The position numbers and the translations under genes were made by a program. Below the pieces are notes generated by a model. The model ran no database searches, was not told the DNA's origin, and saw only the letters and a program-made list of their open reading frames with translations. From positions 184,486-248,485 of the forward strand of contig JAIELV010000001.1 in the NCBI GenBank assembly GCA_019752595.1: a stretch of 64,000 nucleotides of DNA, written 5' to 3'. The number at the start of each line of letters is the position of its first letter. Within the stretch, counting starts at the first letter, position 1. Below, piece by piece: positions 46,029-54,945 of the stretch. The DNA comes from Patescibacteria group bacterium. Its GTDB lineage: Bacteria; Patescibacteriota; Minisyncoccia; Phycocordibacterales; Phycocordibacteraceae.

Positions 46029-46697
46029 CTAAAGCCAATCTATCGGCTTTTTACCCTGCTCTGTGAGGTACGTATTCGTTTGGCTAAATGGCTTTGAACC
46101 GAAAAAGCCGTTATACGCGGAAAACGGCGACGGGTGCGGAGATTCAATAACGAAATGCTTTGTACGGTCTATGTGGGCGCCCTTTGCTTTTGCGTAATTA
46201 CCCCATAGTATAAAAACTAAGTGTTCGCGCTCTTCTGAAAGTTTTTTTATAACTACATCAGTAAATTCTTCCCAGCCTTTTTCCTGATGGGAACCTGGCA
46301 TATTTCCCCGCACGGTCAATGTTGCATTCAAAAGTAACACTCCCTGCGTTGCCCAACGGGACAAATCTCCGCTTTTGTTTTTTAGTGGCGCTTTGAGGTC
46401 TGACTCTATTTCTTTAAAGATATTCTGCAGAGATGGTGGAAGCGGAACATTTTGGCCGACCGCGAAGCAAAGCCCGTTTGCCTGCCCTTTACCGTGATAC
46501 GGATCCTGCCCGAGAATCACCACACTCACTTTTTCAAACGGACACAAATCAAACGCACGAAAAATTACTTTCGGTGCTGGATAGACAATCTGCGTGTTGT
46601 ACTCACTCCTAACGAAGTTAGTCAATTTCGCAAAATACGGTTTTTCAAACTCCGCTTCAAGTTCCTTTTTCCACGACGACTCGATAACTACATTCAT
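46029..46697 (-). CDS. ung: uracil-DNA glycosylase (family 1)
   Basis: GQDPYH, PPSLQNI, GVLLLN, HPSP. Confidence 0.97.
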   Translation of the reverse strand: MNVVIESSWKKELEAEFEKPYFAKLTNFVRSEYNTQIVYPAPKVIFRAFDLCPFEKVSVVILGQDPYHGKGQANGLCFAVGQNVPLPPSLQNIFKEIESDLKAPLKNKSGDLSRWATQGVLLLNATLTVRGNMPGSHQEKGWEEFTDVVIKKLSEEREHLVFILWGNYAKAKGAHIDRTKHFVIESPHPSPFSAYNGFFGSKPFSQTNTYLTEQGKKPIDWL

Positions 46698-46736
46698 ACC
46701 AGGTATTCTACCCGCATTAGATTGAAAATCCGCAAT

Positions 46737-46766
46737 TCAAAGATTACCATATATGTTAATCTTTGA
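46737..46766. repeat. 30-bp palindrome (1 mismatch) overlapping the -10 of TrpR-like gene 2
   Basis: tcaaagattaccata|tatgttaatctttga; TAATCT inside it lies 7 nt before ATG 46770. Confidence 0.9.
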
Positions 46767-46769
46767 TCT

Positions 46770-47183
46770 ATGAAGAAAAAGATTGTTGACTTAACCGAAC
46801 CAGAAAGGATAAAGACTCTTGATCTTCTGTACACAGCTGCTGCTTCAATTCGCGGACGCGACGCAATGAAACTGTTTCTCCGTGACCTTCTCACGGAAAG
46901 CGAACGCGTTATGTTGGGAAGACGCATCTGGGTAGCCAGGCTTCTTATGCAAGGACAGACAACTGAAGATATAGCGCGTGATTTAAAAATGAGTCTCAGA
47001 ACTGTGTATCGTGTGCAGTACTGGTTAAAAGATCAATTCCCTGGCTATGAAACTACACTAAAAGAGATGGAAAAAGTTATGGATACCCGAGCAAAACTTC
47101 ACGAGGCCAAGGCAGAGCCTTTCTCATACGCAGCGCTGAAAAAACGTTTTCCTCTCCACTCTCCACTTTCTACTTTTCCCTGA
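46770..47183 (+). CDS. TrpR-like (YerC/YecD family) HTH protein, copy 2
   Basis: Shares LYTAAAS and FLRDLLTESERVMLGRRI with copy 1; HTH TEDIARDLKMSLRTVYRV. Confidence 0.88.
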   Translation: MKKKIVDLTEPERIKTLDLLYTAAASIRGRDAMKLFLRDLLTESERVMLGRRIWVARLLMQGQTTEDIARDLKMSLRTVYRVQYWLKDQFPGYETTLKEMEKVMDTRAKLHEAKAEPFSYAALKKRFPLHSPLSTFP

Positions 47184-47213
47184 ACCAAAGCCGAAAAAGA
47201 AATTTATAGATTG

Positions 47214-47231
47214 ATTACCATATATGGTAAT
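47214..47231. repeat. 18-bp perfect palindrome downstream of TrpR-like gene 2
   Basis: attaccata|tatggtaat, the same core as 46737-46766. Confidence 0.9.
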
Positions 47232-47265
47232 TTTTTGTTAGAGAGCAGACAAGGTAGCAGACTGT

Positions 47266-47532
47266 TTAGAGTGCGCCTTCTTTTTTCAAAAGCCTTTCTT
47301 TTTCCCCGCGCAAACCGTTATAACCTCCTAAACCGCGAACACCAACCACTCTGTGACAAGGAATACTTTTGTCCTTATTTGAGCGCATGATTGCTCCCAC
47401 AGCGCGTGCGGCTAACGGATGCCCTGCTTTTGCTGCCACCGCTTTGTAGGTCATCGTTTTGCCTTTGGGGATACTTTTTACAACGAGCACTACCTTAGTT
47501 CTAAAATCTTTCTTTGAAAAATCAGAAATCAT
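47266..47532 (-). CDS. methylated-DNA--protein-cysteine methyltransferase (MGMT family, single domain)
   Basis: IPKGKTMTY, ARAVG, active-site PCHRV. Confidence 0.9.
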   Translation of the reverse strand: MISDFSKKDFRTKVVLVVKSIPKGKTMTYKAVAAKAGHPLAARAVGAIMRSNKDKSIPCHRVVGVRGLGGYNGLRGEKERLLKKEGAL

Positions 47533-47909
47533 AATTTCAGGTTACGCTTTGCCGCAAAGAGCGCGAGTATAGAGTCTGATTGAGTCTCCGAAATAAGGTC
47601 GGGTTTGTTCTTTTTTGTTCTCTCAAGATATGCGCGAACTATGCGGACCTGATCTTCAGGAGAGTAGTGCGCTTCAGGGTAGTGTCGGCGGGTGTCTTCG
47701 TCTATCAAAAAGTAATGAGGTGTCGGCTGGGGCTCTACATATTGCATGAAGTTGCTCAGATTAATCATGGGATCGTAATCTAATTTAAGAACCTCCTGTA
47801 TAGAAGACGTTAATGCTCTTCCTATATCCTGATGCAAAAATCCCCAATCAGGCGGAGGAAGTGAATCCTTTTTTTCTCGGACGTGTTTTTTCTTAGCTTC
47901 CTGAGTCAT
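47529..47909 (-). CDS. hypothetical protein
   Basis: ORF track; TACACT 6 nt upstream; ATGA overlap with the MGMT gene. Confidence 0.6.
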   Translation of the reverse strand: MTQEAKKKHVREKKDSLPPPDWGFLHQDIGRALTSSIQEVLKLDYDPMINLSNFMQYVEPQPTPHYFLIDEDTRRHYPEAHYSPEDQVRIVRAYLERTKKNKPDLISETQSDSILALFAAKRNLKL

Positions 47910-47933
47910 ACAAACAGTGTAGTACTATCAACC

Positions 47934-48743
47934 TTAATCGAAAAGTTTTTGTTCATTTTTCTCAGACTTCGCAGATTTATTCTTCTCCACGTGCGCTTTA
48001 AATTTCTTACCTGCCATGTCGCGGTATCGGCAGTAATCGCAGTCCTCGGTCGCTTCTGGAATTGCGGTGCTCGTAAGGCATGCTTTTATATCGCGAATTG
48101 TTCCGTCAACCCAGGACGTATTCCCGACGTGCGGTATGAGGGTGACTTCAAATTCCAGTTTTGCATCAAAAGCTTCTCTATCTTTCGATGCATTCGCGTA
48201 CACGAAATATCCTGTATCTGAAACCGTAAAGCCGTTCATGCGGAAAAGCCACTGATAGATTTCCATCTGTCGCTTGTATCCGTTATGCCACTCTTCTTCC
48301 AACGCCACTATGCTCTCGTCTTTACTGGTTGATTTATAGTCAACGATAATCAACTCTCCTTTTGGATTCACCCATACGTCGTCAACCGCACCCGAAACGG
48401 TCATGCCTGTTTCTGGGTGTGCGTAATCGATTCCCTTAAAGTTTTCTCTCCAAATATCCATTTTTGGATGTTGAAACGGCACAGCGTCAACACCGTACTT
48501 TTCCATGAGTGGGTGCGCTGTTTTACCCGCACGATGTATGTCGAATTCTTTCTTAAAGAGGGCGTCGACTGCGGAGTTTAAGTTAAACGGAAAACCAGGA
48601 GGTCGGGCCGTGCCAAGTGCGTTATCAAGGTAAAAACAGCGCGGACATTCCTGAAACAAGCCAATTTTTGAACGCGACAACCGCCATCGGGGTCCGCCGA
48701 AATTCCAATCTGCTTTTCTGTCAGGTTTGTAATAAAGACTCAT
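47934..48743 (-). CDS. PD-(D/E)XK nuclease family protein (RecB/Cas4-like, Cys cluster)
   Basis: LSRSKI, ECPRC, GAVDD, IVDYKST, QMEIY, CDYC. Confidence 0.85.
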   Translation of the reverse strand: MSLYYKPDRKADWNFGGPRWRLSRSKIGLFQECPRCFYLDNALGTARPPGFPFNLNSAVDALFKKEFDIHRAGKTAHPLMEKYGVDAVPFQHPKMDIWRENFKGIDYAHPETGMTVSGAVDDVWVNPKGELIIVDYKSTSKDESIVALEEEWHNGYKRQMEIYQWLFRMNGFTVSDTGYFVYANASKDREAFDAKLEFEVTLIPHVGNTSWVDGTIRDIKACLTSTAIPEATEDCDYCRYRDMAGKKFKAHVEKNKSAKSEKNEQKLFD

Positions 48744-49567
48744 ACTCCGCACAGCGCTCTGCTTTCCTTAATGACGTCGTCTAATTTTTTACCACCAATA
48801 CCGATACGCTGAAGAGACTCAGGGTTTTCTGCCACCATCTTGCAAAGCGTAATGCCATTCTTCAAAAGTCGCGCTTTGTCTGCTGAGGTAAGTGTGGTTA
48901 AAACCGTTACGGGATACACTTTCGTGCGGTCAATCATGTCGGCAATACTGTTGCCGTGCGGAAAACTCCAGCCGATAAGACGTATACCAGCGCAGCTCGC
49001 ATAATCAATAGCGTTGCCTGTAAATTTTGTGTTCGTAATCAACCACCCTTCGTTTATTCCCGCCTCTTCACCTCTATCTTTCGCCCCCCACTCAATATCC
49101 CAATAACGAGCGCGAACGTAGAGTGCGGTTTTCAAATCAGTTTTAAAACCTGGTGTGTTGTGGAACTTGAGTTCCGCACCTGCGGTTTTTCCGTCCTTTT
49201 TCAAAACGACATCCACTTCGTGCTCGATACATCTTCCAGCAACCATGACCCGAAGTTGAGTTTCGTACCCTTCGGCTTTCATGAGCTCCGCAATAAAATC
49301 TTCAAACGGAAAACCTGTAGGACCAAGCTCAAGAATGGCGCGACGCATAGAATAACGTGCAGCAGTGGTGCGCTCATCTTTGCGGAGAATTTTAAATGCT
49401 TCGCGATAAATGTGCGTTGTCGACATCCCTTCACGCACCATTTTGACTATGCGTGCGGCAATTTGTTTTGAGAGCTCTTCGTCAGCACCTGAGTGCTGAA
49501 GCGAGCGTAAAAGTTTTTCAACCTGAAATTCTTCGCGTGTTCCGTCTCCTTTTACGACTATCGGCAT
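48740..49567 (-). CDS. ATP-cone domain plus Mrr-like restriction endonuclease domain protein
   Basis: VVKGDGTREEF..EKL (ATP cone); GFPFEDF, HEVDV, AELKFH, LITNTKFT..A. Confidence 0.8.
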   Translation of the reverse strand: MPIVVKGDGTREEFQVEKLLRSLQHSGADEELSKQIAARIVKMVREGMSTTHIYREAFKILRKDERTTAARYSMRRAILELGPTGFPFEDFIAELMKAEGYETQLRVMVAGRCIEHEVDVVLKKDGKTAGAELKFHNTPGFKTDLKTALYVRARYWDIEWGAKDRGEEAGINEGWLITNTKFTGNAIDYASCAGIRLIGWSFPHGNSIADMIDRTKVYPVTVLTTLTSADKARLLKNGITLCKMVAENPESLQRIGIGGKKLDDVIKESRALCGV

Positions 49568-50607
49568 TACGCAATAATACCACCACCCCTCATGTACCCG
49601 TCTTGTGTGTATAAGACGCATGATTGACCTGGAGCGATGCTTTGTGGATCTCTAAAAGTGACGGAATCTCCACTAACAACAGCGTGAATTAGTGGTTGAC
49701 GATAGCGATATCGAACCAGCACATCGCCCGCCACGGGAACGCCAGAGACCGAACTGACAGTAATGAGCTTGAAAGTCTTTTTTGCCTTATCACCAACTGG
49801 ATTTTCAGAAACGTACAGAATGTTTTTCTCGACGTCCTTCCCTACGACGTACATCTTTGGAGCATCCGCACCATCTTTTTTGACTCTTTGATATCCATGT
49901 CGCTGTCCTAAAGTGTAAAACCAAACCCCCTCGTGCTCGCCCACCGTCTTTCCATCCTCAGTCATTACCGAACCTTTTTTTTCAGGAATGTAACGTTTTA
50001 AAAAACCCTTCATGTCTACATGACCCAGAAAACACAAGCCTTGCGAATCGCGACGTTTTGCATTTGGAAGTTCAGCCTTTTCTGCTAGTTTCCGTACTTC
50101 TTCCTTTTCAAGATTGCCTACTGGAAAAAGTGCGTGAGCTAAATCATCTTTCGTAAGCGTCCAGAGAAAGTATGTTTGGTCTTTTTCGGTATCAACGCTG
50201 GCTTTTAGGTTCCAGGTGTCAGCTTCCAGGCAAGAAACAGCATAGTGCCCTGTCGCGATATAGTCAGCACCATCCGCCTTCGCTTTCTCCCAGAACGCTC
50301 CAAACTTAATGGCACGATTACACATGACGTCAGGATTCGGAGTTCGTCCTGCCTTGTATTCAGAAATAAAATAATCTACAACGTCACGTTTGTATTCTTC
50401 TTCTAGATCGTACGTCACAAACGGAATATCCAAATGTGCAGCAACACGCATTGCTTCAAGCCTGTCTTCTTTGCCCGTACACGGCAAAAAATCAGGCTCC
50501 CACCCTTTTATAAATGCACCCACTACGCGGTAGCCTTGTTTTTTTAAAAGATACGCAGAAACGGCAGAATCAACGCCACCTGAAAGACCAACAAAAACTG
50601 TTTTCAT
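49567..50607 (-). CDS. mnmA: tRNA 2-thiouridine(34) synthase
   Basis: SGGVDS, TPNPDVMCN, ATGHYA, KDQTYFL, DSQGLCF. Confidence 0.97.
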   Translation of the reverse strand: MKTVFVGLSGGVDSAVSAYLLKKQGYRVVGAFIKGWEPDFLPCTGKEDRLEAMRVAAHLDIPFVTYDLEEEYKRDVVDYFISEYKAGRTPNPDVMCNRAIKFGAFWEKAKADGADYIATGHYAVSCLEADTWNLKASVDTEKDQTYFLWTLTKDDLAHALFPVGNLEKEEVRKLAEKAELPNAKRRDSQGLCFLGHVDMKGFLKRYIPEKKGSVMTEDGKTVGEHEGVWFYTLGQRHGYQRVKKDGADAPKMYVVGKDVEKNILYVSENPVGDKAKKTFKLITVSSVSGVPVAGDVLVRYRYRQPLIHAVVSGDSVTFRDPQSIAPGQSCVLYTQDGYMRGGGIIA

Positions 50608-50625
50608 TTTGATGAGTGTACCAGT

Positions 50626-51015
50626 CTAGTGAATTGTTACAGAATTTGACTCAAGCTGCAGAAGCGCTGCACTGGCATTATGCTCTGCTACGACACGCCC
50701 AATCTCTTCGGAGAAGGTGTGCACAAGAAGTGCCTGCACGCACGGCGACGGAACGTTTGGAAAAGTAAGGGTAAGTTCCTTTAATTCAATAGGTTCTTCA
50801 GCAGGAGTTTGTTTGAGTTTATAGCAGATAATAAAAACCGTTTTCCGAAACCACGGCACGAGCGCACGCAATTCGGATTGCTCTTCAAAAGAAAGATTGT
50901 CTACAGCAATTTGATATTCATCACGAGAATCTGTTTCCTTAAACGGAGGGTACTCGACCAAAATAAGATTTGGAAGGGCAGTTGTTTCGAGAAGCATTCT
51001 TCTGCGTTCGGACAT
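50626..51015 (-). CDS. hypothetical protein
   Basis: ORF track; fills the gap in a minus-strand gene run. Confidence 0.5.
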   Translation of the reverse strand: MSERRRMLLETTALPNLILVEYPPFKETDSRDEYQIAVDNLSFEEQSELRALVPWFRKTVFIICYKLKQTPAEEPIELKELTLTFPNVPSPCVQALLVHTFSEEIGRVVAEHNASAALLQLESNSVTIH

Positions 51016-51025
51016 ACACTAAATG

Positions 51026-51553
51026 TTAGAGGCCCTGTTCGCGTGACCATCGTTCTTTGTCACCAGCTGGGTCTCTCCCTATCTCAATGTGCACCCATTT
51101 ATTCCACATATTCTGTTCCGACTCGGAAAGAGGAGCAGAAAAACCTTTCCCTGGTAGAGGGCGGTCGCGCCAGTTCGGGTCCTGCACAAGTTCTCGCATA
51201 TAACTTCGAAACTGTGCATACGCATTCGAATCTCTTTCAGTAAAGATGGGTGTAAAAAAGTTTCCATTAACACCATTTGGACGAAGAGTAACTCCGACAA
51301 CTTTCTTTGGATTTCGACTTGCGTGTATATCTGCCTTTTCGCGAACAAGCGCTAACGCAGGCTCTTCAAAGTGCACCATCCCGCGTTCATCGACTTTCAG
51401 AGGGTTCGCGCTTCCAAGAGCAAGTATTTCCATACCTTGAGGGGCATAGTTTTGCACTAGTTGAGGGATAACCGAGGCAGAATATGGCCCGAGGAATGAC
51501 TCGCGCTCTGCTTGGCGTTCTCTTTGTATTGCCGCTAAAACTTCGTTCATCAA
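51026..51553 (-). CDS. hypothetical protein
   Basis: ORF track; fills the gap in a minus-strand gene run. Confidence 0.55.
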   Translation of the reverse strand: MMNEVLAAIQRERQAERESFLGPYSASVIPQLVQNYAPQGMEILALGSANPLKVDERGMVHFEEPALALVREKADIHASRNPKKVVGVTLRPNGVNGNFFTPIFTERDSNAYAQFRSYMRELVQDPNWRDRPLPGKGFSAPLSESEQNMWNKWVHIEIGRDPAGDKERWSREQGL

Positions 51554-51596
51554 TTCAACTTACAAGCATTCAATCTGCGAGGCAAGCCCGTCCGGT

Positions 51597-52547
51597 TTAT
51601 CTTAAATGCACCCTGTTCGCAACATGCTTTTCAAAGGTCTTTGCGTAGTACATAACACCGTCTGAACCAGTCAGATAATAGAGCCAATCATTGGCTTTTG
51701 GCTCAACCGCCGCAAGAATTGAATCAATGCCTGGGTTCGCGATAGGCCCTGGTGGCAAGCCACGATTAAGATACGTGTTATACGGTGAAACAATTTTTAG
51801 ATCATCAAAATTCGGCGCATAGCCACTTTTGCCCAAGATGTAGCCAAACACCGCGTCAACCTGCAGTGGCATACCGAGCTCTATTCGGCGCCAGAGAATG
51901 TCAGAAATAATTCTGCGTGTTTCTGGCTTTCTCGCTTCGCGTTCGATTATGGATGCCATAGTCACCACTTCGTGGACAGATTTTCCGCTTGCACGAATTT
52001 TCTCTTCTATGGGCCCCACTTTTTCTGCAAATGTACTTTTCATAAGCCGTACTGCAGCGGATGGGTCTGTACCTGGCAACAAATAATACGTTTCAGGGAA
52101 CAAATATCCTTCTTCTGCTTCCGCAAGAATACGAAAGCGCTCCGAGTCAAAGTTTCCCAAACGCTCTTTTAAAAGTTCAGCGATTTCCCTGCTCGTAAGT
52201 CCTTCGGGAATTGTTATGCGAACAGCTTCAATGCCCGTATCACCATGCGCAAAACGGTACGCAAGCTGTAGTGCGCTTTCTTTTTTGGAAAGTGCATACG
52301 TATTTGCTAATACTCCACCACCAGGATTCCACAGTCGAACGGCGAGCGTAAACGCTTCAGCGGAACGGAGTGCGCCTGCATTTTTCAAAATCACGGAGGC
52401 TTCACGAACACTGGCCCCTTCGGGAACTGTAACGGTAAAGCCTACTGGGTACGCGCGAGGGGCGACTATGAAGACCGCGTAGCCTGCCAAAAGTACAAAT
52501 GCAACGCCAAAAAGAACGAACTGGCTGTCTTTGAAAAAGAGTTTCAT
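51597..52547 (-). CDS. mltG: endolytic transglycosylase MltG
   Basis: TIPEG, EGYLFPETY, MASIIERE, LQVDA, SPYNTY..GLPPGPIANPG. Confidence 0.95.
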   Translation of the reverse strand: MKLFFKDSQFVLFGVAFVLLAGYAVFIVAPRAYPVGFTVTVPEGASVREASVILKNAGALRSAEAFTLAVRLWNPGGGVLANTYALSKKESALQLAYRFAHGDTGIEAVRITIPEGLTSREIAELLKERLGNFDSERFRILAEAEEGYLFPETYYLLPGTDPSAAVRLMKSTFAEKVGPIEEKIRASGKSVHEVVTMASIIEREARKPETRRIISDILWRRIELGMPLQVDAVFGYILGKSGYAPNFDDLKIVSPYNTYLNRGLPPGPIANPGIDSILAAVEPKANDWLYYLTGSDGVMYYAKTFEKHVANRVHLR

Positions 52548-53770
52548 AGTGGAAGATTGTCTGGAGGTTCAATTCGTACGCCGTGTATGTTTGCCATCAC
52601 GCTTGCTCGTGCGAAATGTGGAAGATGGAACAGTGTTGCTAATTCTTCGGTATTGAGGACGAATGCGTTTCCTATATACGGAGGAAAAAAGAATGCGCGT
52701 CGCCTGTACATCTGAAGAAAATATTCACTCCACAGTGCGGGCACCGCAGTGAAAATATCTGACAGGGGCCACCCTACTTTCTTTTTTGGATCATAGGCTT
52801 CAAAACAGTTCAAATCGACGTCATTAAATCCTTCAAAAATTTGATCGATCTCTTCTGCAAATTTTTCTGAGTATGACTCACGATGTGCCACATACATCAT
52901 GCGTACTCCGCAATCGAAGGAAGGTTTTTTGAGGGCTGCTTCAATAGCGGCGATAGTTTTTTTTGTTTTCTCTGGAACAGCATTTATGTCACCCTGTTTC
53001 CCCAAGAGTTTTACGATTTCTTTTTGCGCGTCGTCGTGAAGTGAATCCTTCAGAGGGTCGAAGATTTTTTTTCTTTCACGTTGGTGTGGACGAATAATAA
53101 CTGAAAGCGCCGCATACTCTTGGTCACCGACTGCAACCATACGTTCCAACACTTCAGTAAACGCATCGCGTCTATCTTTTTTGTCCTCGTAATCAACGTA
53201 CGTCTTCAGGGGATACGGATCGGGCTTCACCAAATCAAATTCTCGCACCGCGAGCTTCATTTCGTATGGATTCCACGGTATTTCGCGAGCATAATCACGC
53301 ACTTGATCAATATCGATGTCGCGGTATTCAGCGCGAATACGTGCCTCCACTGCCTGGCGATGCGCAGTGGGCACATGTACAAAGAAACGAACCGCATTTG
53401 CGTGTCCAAGTATTTCAAATGACCATGGCATTCGCACGTGGCCCTTGAGATAGGTTTCTGTTAGCGAGAGGTCGGTGCGGTGGTAGAGCGCGTAGAAGAT
53501 TAATTCCATTGGGCGTGCGGAACGCGGGGTTTCGGGCCCTGGTTTTAGTTCTATGGTCGAGTACGGAATACTCATCACGAAGTACGAACGAATGAACGTG
53601 AGCCACAAAGGCCACGCAATCCATGCCAAAAGAAGTGGAAGCCATAAAGGCGCAAAGAAGGCTATGAATGCCACTATGCCCGCTGAAAGTTCTGGTGCGA
53701 TATAGATGAGAACTGGTATCGCGACAAGCACGCCGACAATAGCCCAGCTTATCGGCAAGCGGTTTTTCAT
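52544..53770 (-). CDS. conserved CPR-type membrane-anchored hypothetical protein
   Basis: Two N-terminal TMs, WSFEI, PYPLKTY and FVLNTEELATLFHLP (recalled from regions preceding VirB4/VirD4-like ATPase domains). Confidence 0.6.
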   Translation of the reverse strand: MKNRLPISWAIVGVLVAIPVLIYIAPELSAGIVAFIAFFAPLWLPLLLAWIAWPLWLTFIRSYFVMSIPYSTIELKPGPETPRSARPMELIFYALYHRTDLSLTETYLKGHVRMPWSFEILGHANAVRFFVHVPTAHRQAVEARIRAEYRDIDIDQVRDYAREIPWNPYEMKLAVREFDLVKPDPYPLKTYVDYEDKKDRRDAFTEVLERMVAVGDQEYAALSVIIRPHQRERKKIFDPLKDSLHDDAQKEIVKLLGKQGDINAVPEKTKKTIAAIEAALKKPSFDCGVRMMYVAHRESYSEKFAEEIDQIFEGFNDVDLNCFEAYDPKKKVGWPLSDIFTAVPALWSEYFLQMYRRRAFFFPPYIGNAFVLNTEELATLFHLPHFARASVMANIHGVRIEPPDNLPL

Positions 53771-53804
53771 ATCAAAAATATATCACGCTTGGCGCTTCGT
53801 TTAA

Positions 53805-53830
53805 GAAAAAACCGCCTCACGGCGGTTTTT
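53805..53830 (-). terminator. intrinsic terminator
   Basis: aaaaaaccgcc-tcac-ggcggttttt. Confidence 0.85.
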
Positions 53831-53831
53831 G

Positions 53832-54860
53832 TTAAGCGTTTTTGAGTGCGTATTTACCTTTTACTTTTACGAATGCGGGATTTTGAAGGTTTACGATGAT
53901 TGTGTTTGGCTTTACATATCTTTCCTTACCGACACGCTTCATGATTTCATCTTTCGTCAAAGCACCTGCTTCTTTCAAAATGTGTTTGATGATTTCAACC
54001 ACAGGTCCCGCGCGGTACCCCCATTCTTTCAAAGCGTAAATACCCCTCCCGACGAGTACGAAACGATCATCCTTGATGAGTTCGTTGTGGGTTGTAGCTT
54101 CGTGTGCCCCTTTACCGAACAATTTTTCAATTGCTTTTGCTACTTCTCTAAAGTGCATTGGGGAACCATGGCGCTTCAATGCAAGATACGCATGATCACG
54201 AATATTCTTTACTTTAATGCCTGGCGCTGAAACACGACCCCACTCTCCTAATGGATTTCTCATGAGGCACGCTGAAAGTTCCAACCAACGACGAACAGTG
54301 TCTTTTGATTTGTATTTTGTATTGACGCGTGAAAGACAGGTCATGACATGGTCAACCATCTTTTCTTCAGACAAAACATCGGTTGATTTCACTGAACCAT
54401 GAACCTGCTTCAAAGCGTCTTCAACTGATTTCGCAAGGTCAGTATCAACGTACCAACGTGTTTTAAAGTCATCAGTCTCTTTCGCCATGATGAATGGCTT
54501 ACCGACGACGAGCAGGAAGTAGAGGTGATTTCTTGTTTCGTCGTCCTTTGCGAATTCTGAAAGCAATGTGTGCTCAGGCAAAATACCGCCCATGTCGCGG
54601 ATAGCAGACTCAAGAGCCTGGAAAGAAGCAGATTCTTTCTCCAGAGCTGGTGAATCTTGCAGTGCTTTGATAGCGTGATTTTCTATCTGACGAACACGCT
54701 CACGGGTGATGTTGTAGCGCTTGCCGATGGCATCCAAGGTCTCTCCACGGTTTTTACCTGAAAGACCGTAGCGAGAAACAATGACGTCACGAGCGCGTTC
54801 TGGGAGGGCCTGCACGAGGCGCTTTGATATTTGGCTGGGCTTGATAGCGAGTTTGGGCAT
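53832..54860 (-). CDS. sigma70 region-4-like HTH protein with C-terminal winged-HTH (HARE-HTH-like) domains
   Basis: ETLDAIGKRYNITRERVRQIE; HNELIKDDRFVLVGRGIYALKEWG; no sigma region 2. Confidence 0.8.
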   Translation of the reverse strand: MPKLAIKPSQISKRLVQALPERARDVIVSRYGLSGKNRGETLDAIGKRYNITRERVRQIENHAIKALQDSPALEKESASFQALESAIRDMGGILPEHTLLSEFAKDDETRNHLYFLLVVGKPFIMAKETDDFKTRWYVDTDLAKSVEDALKQVHGSVKSTDVLSEEKMVDHVMTCLSRVNTKYKSKDTVRRWLELSACLMRNPLGEWGRVSAPGIKVKNIRDHAYLALKRHGSPMHFREVAKAIEKLFGKGAHEATTHNELIKDDRFVLVGRGIYALKEWGYRAGPVVEIIKHILKEAGALTKDEIMKRVGKERYVKPNTIIVNLQNPAFVKVKGKYALKNA

Positions 54861-54945
54861 ATCCGATGTCTTACCTTTATATCACAATTTTTCTATAAGG
54901 TCAAACTCCTGTCAAGAGCCTGTGGATAGCCTATTTCAAGGAACC

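Noticed and set aside
47934-48743. Cas4-like nuclease as part of a CRISPR-Cas system
   Set aside because: No cas1/cas2 or array nearby; stand-alone PD-(D/E)XK proteins are common.
53832-54860. Bona fide sigma factor
   Set aside because: Only a region-4-like HTH is present; there is no region 2.
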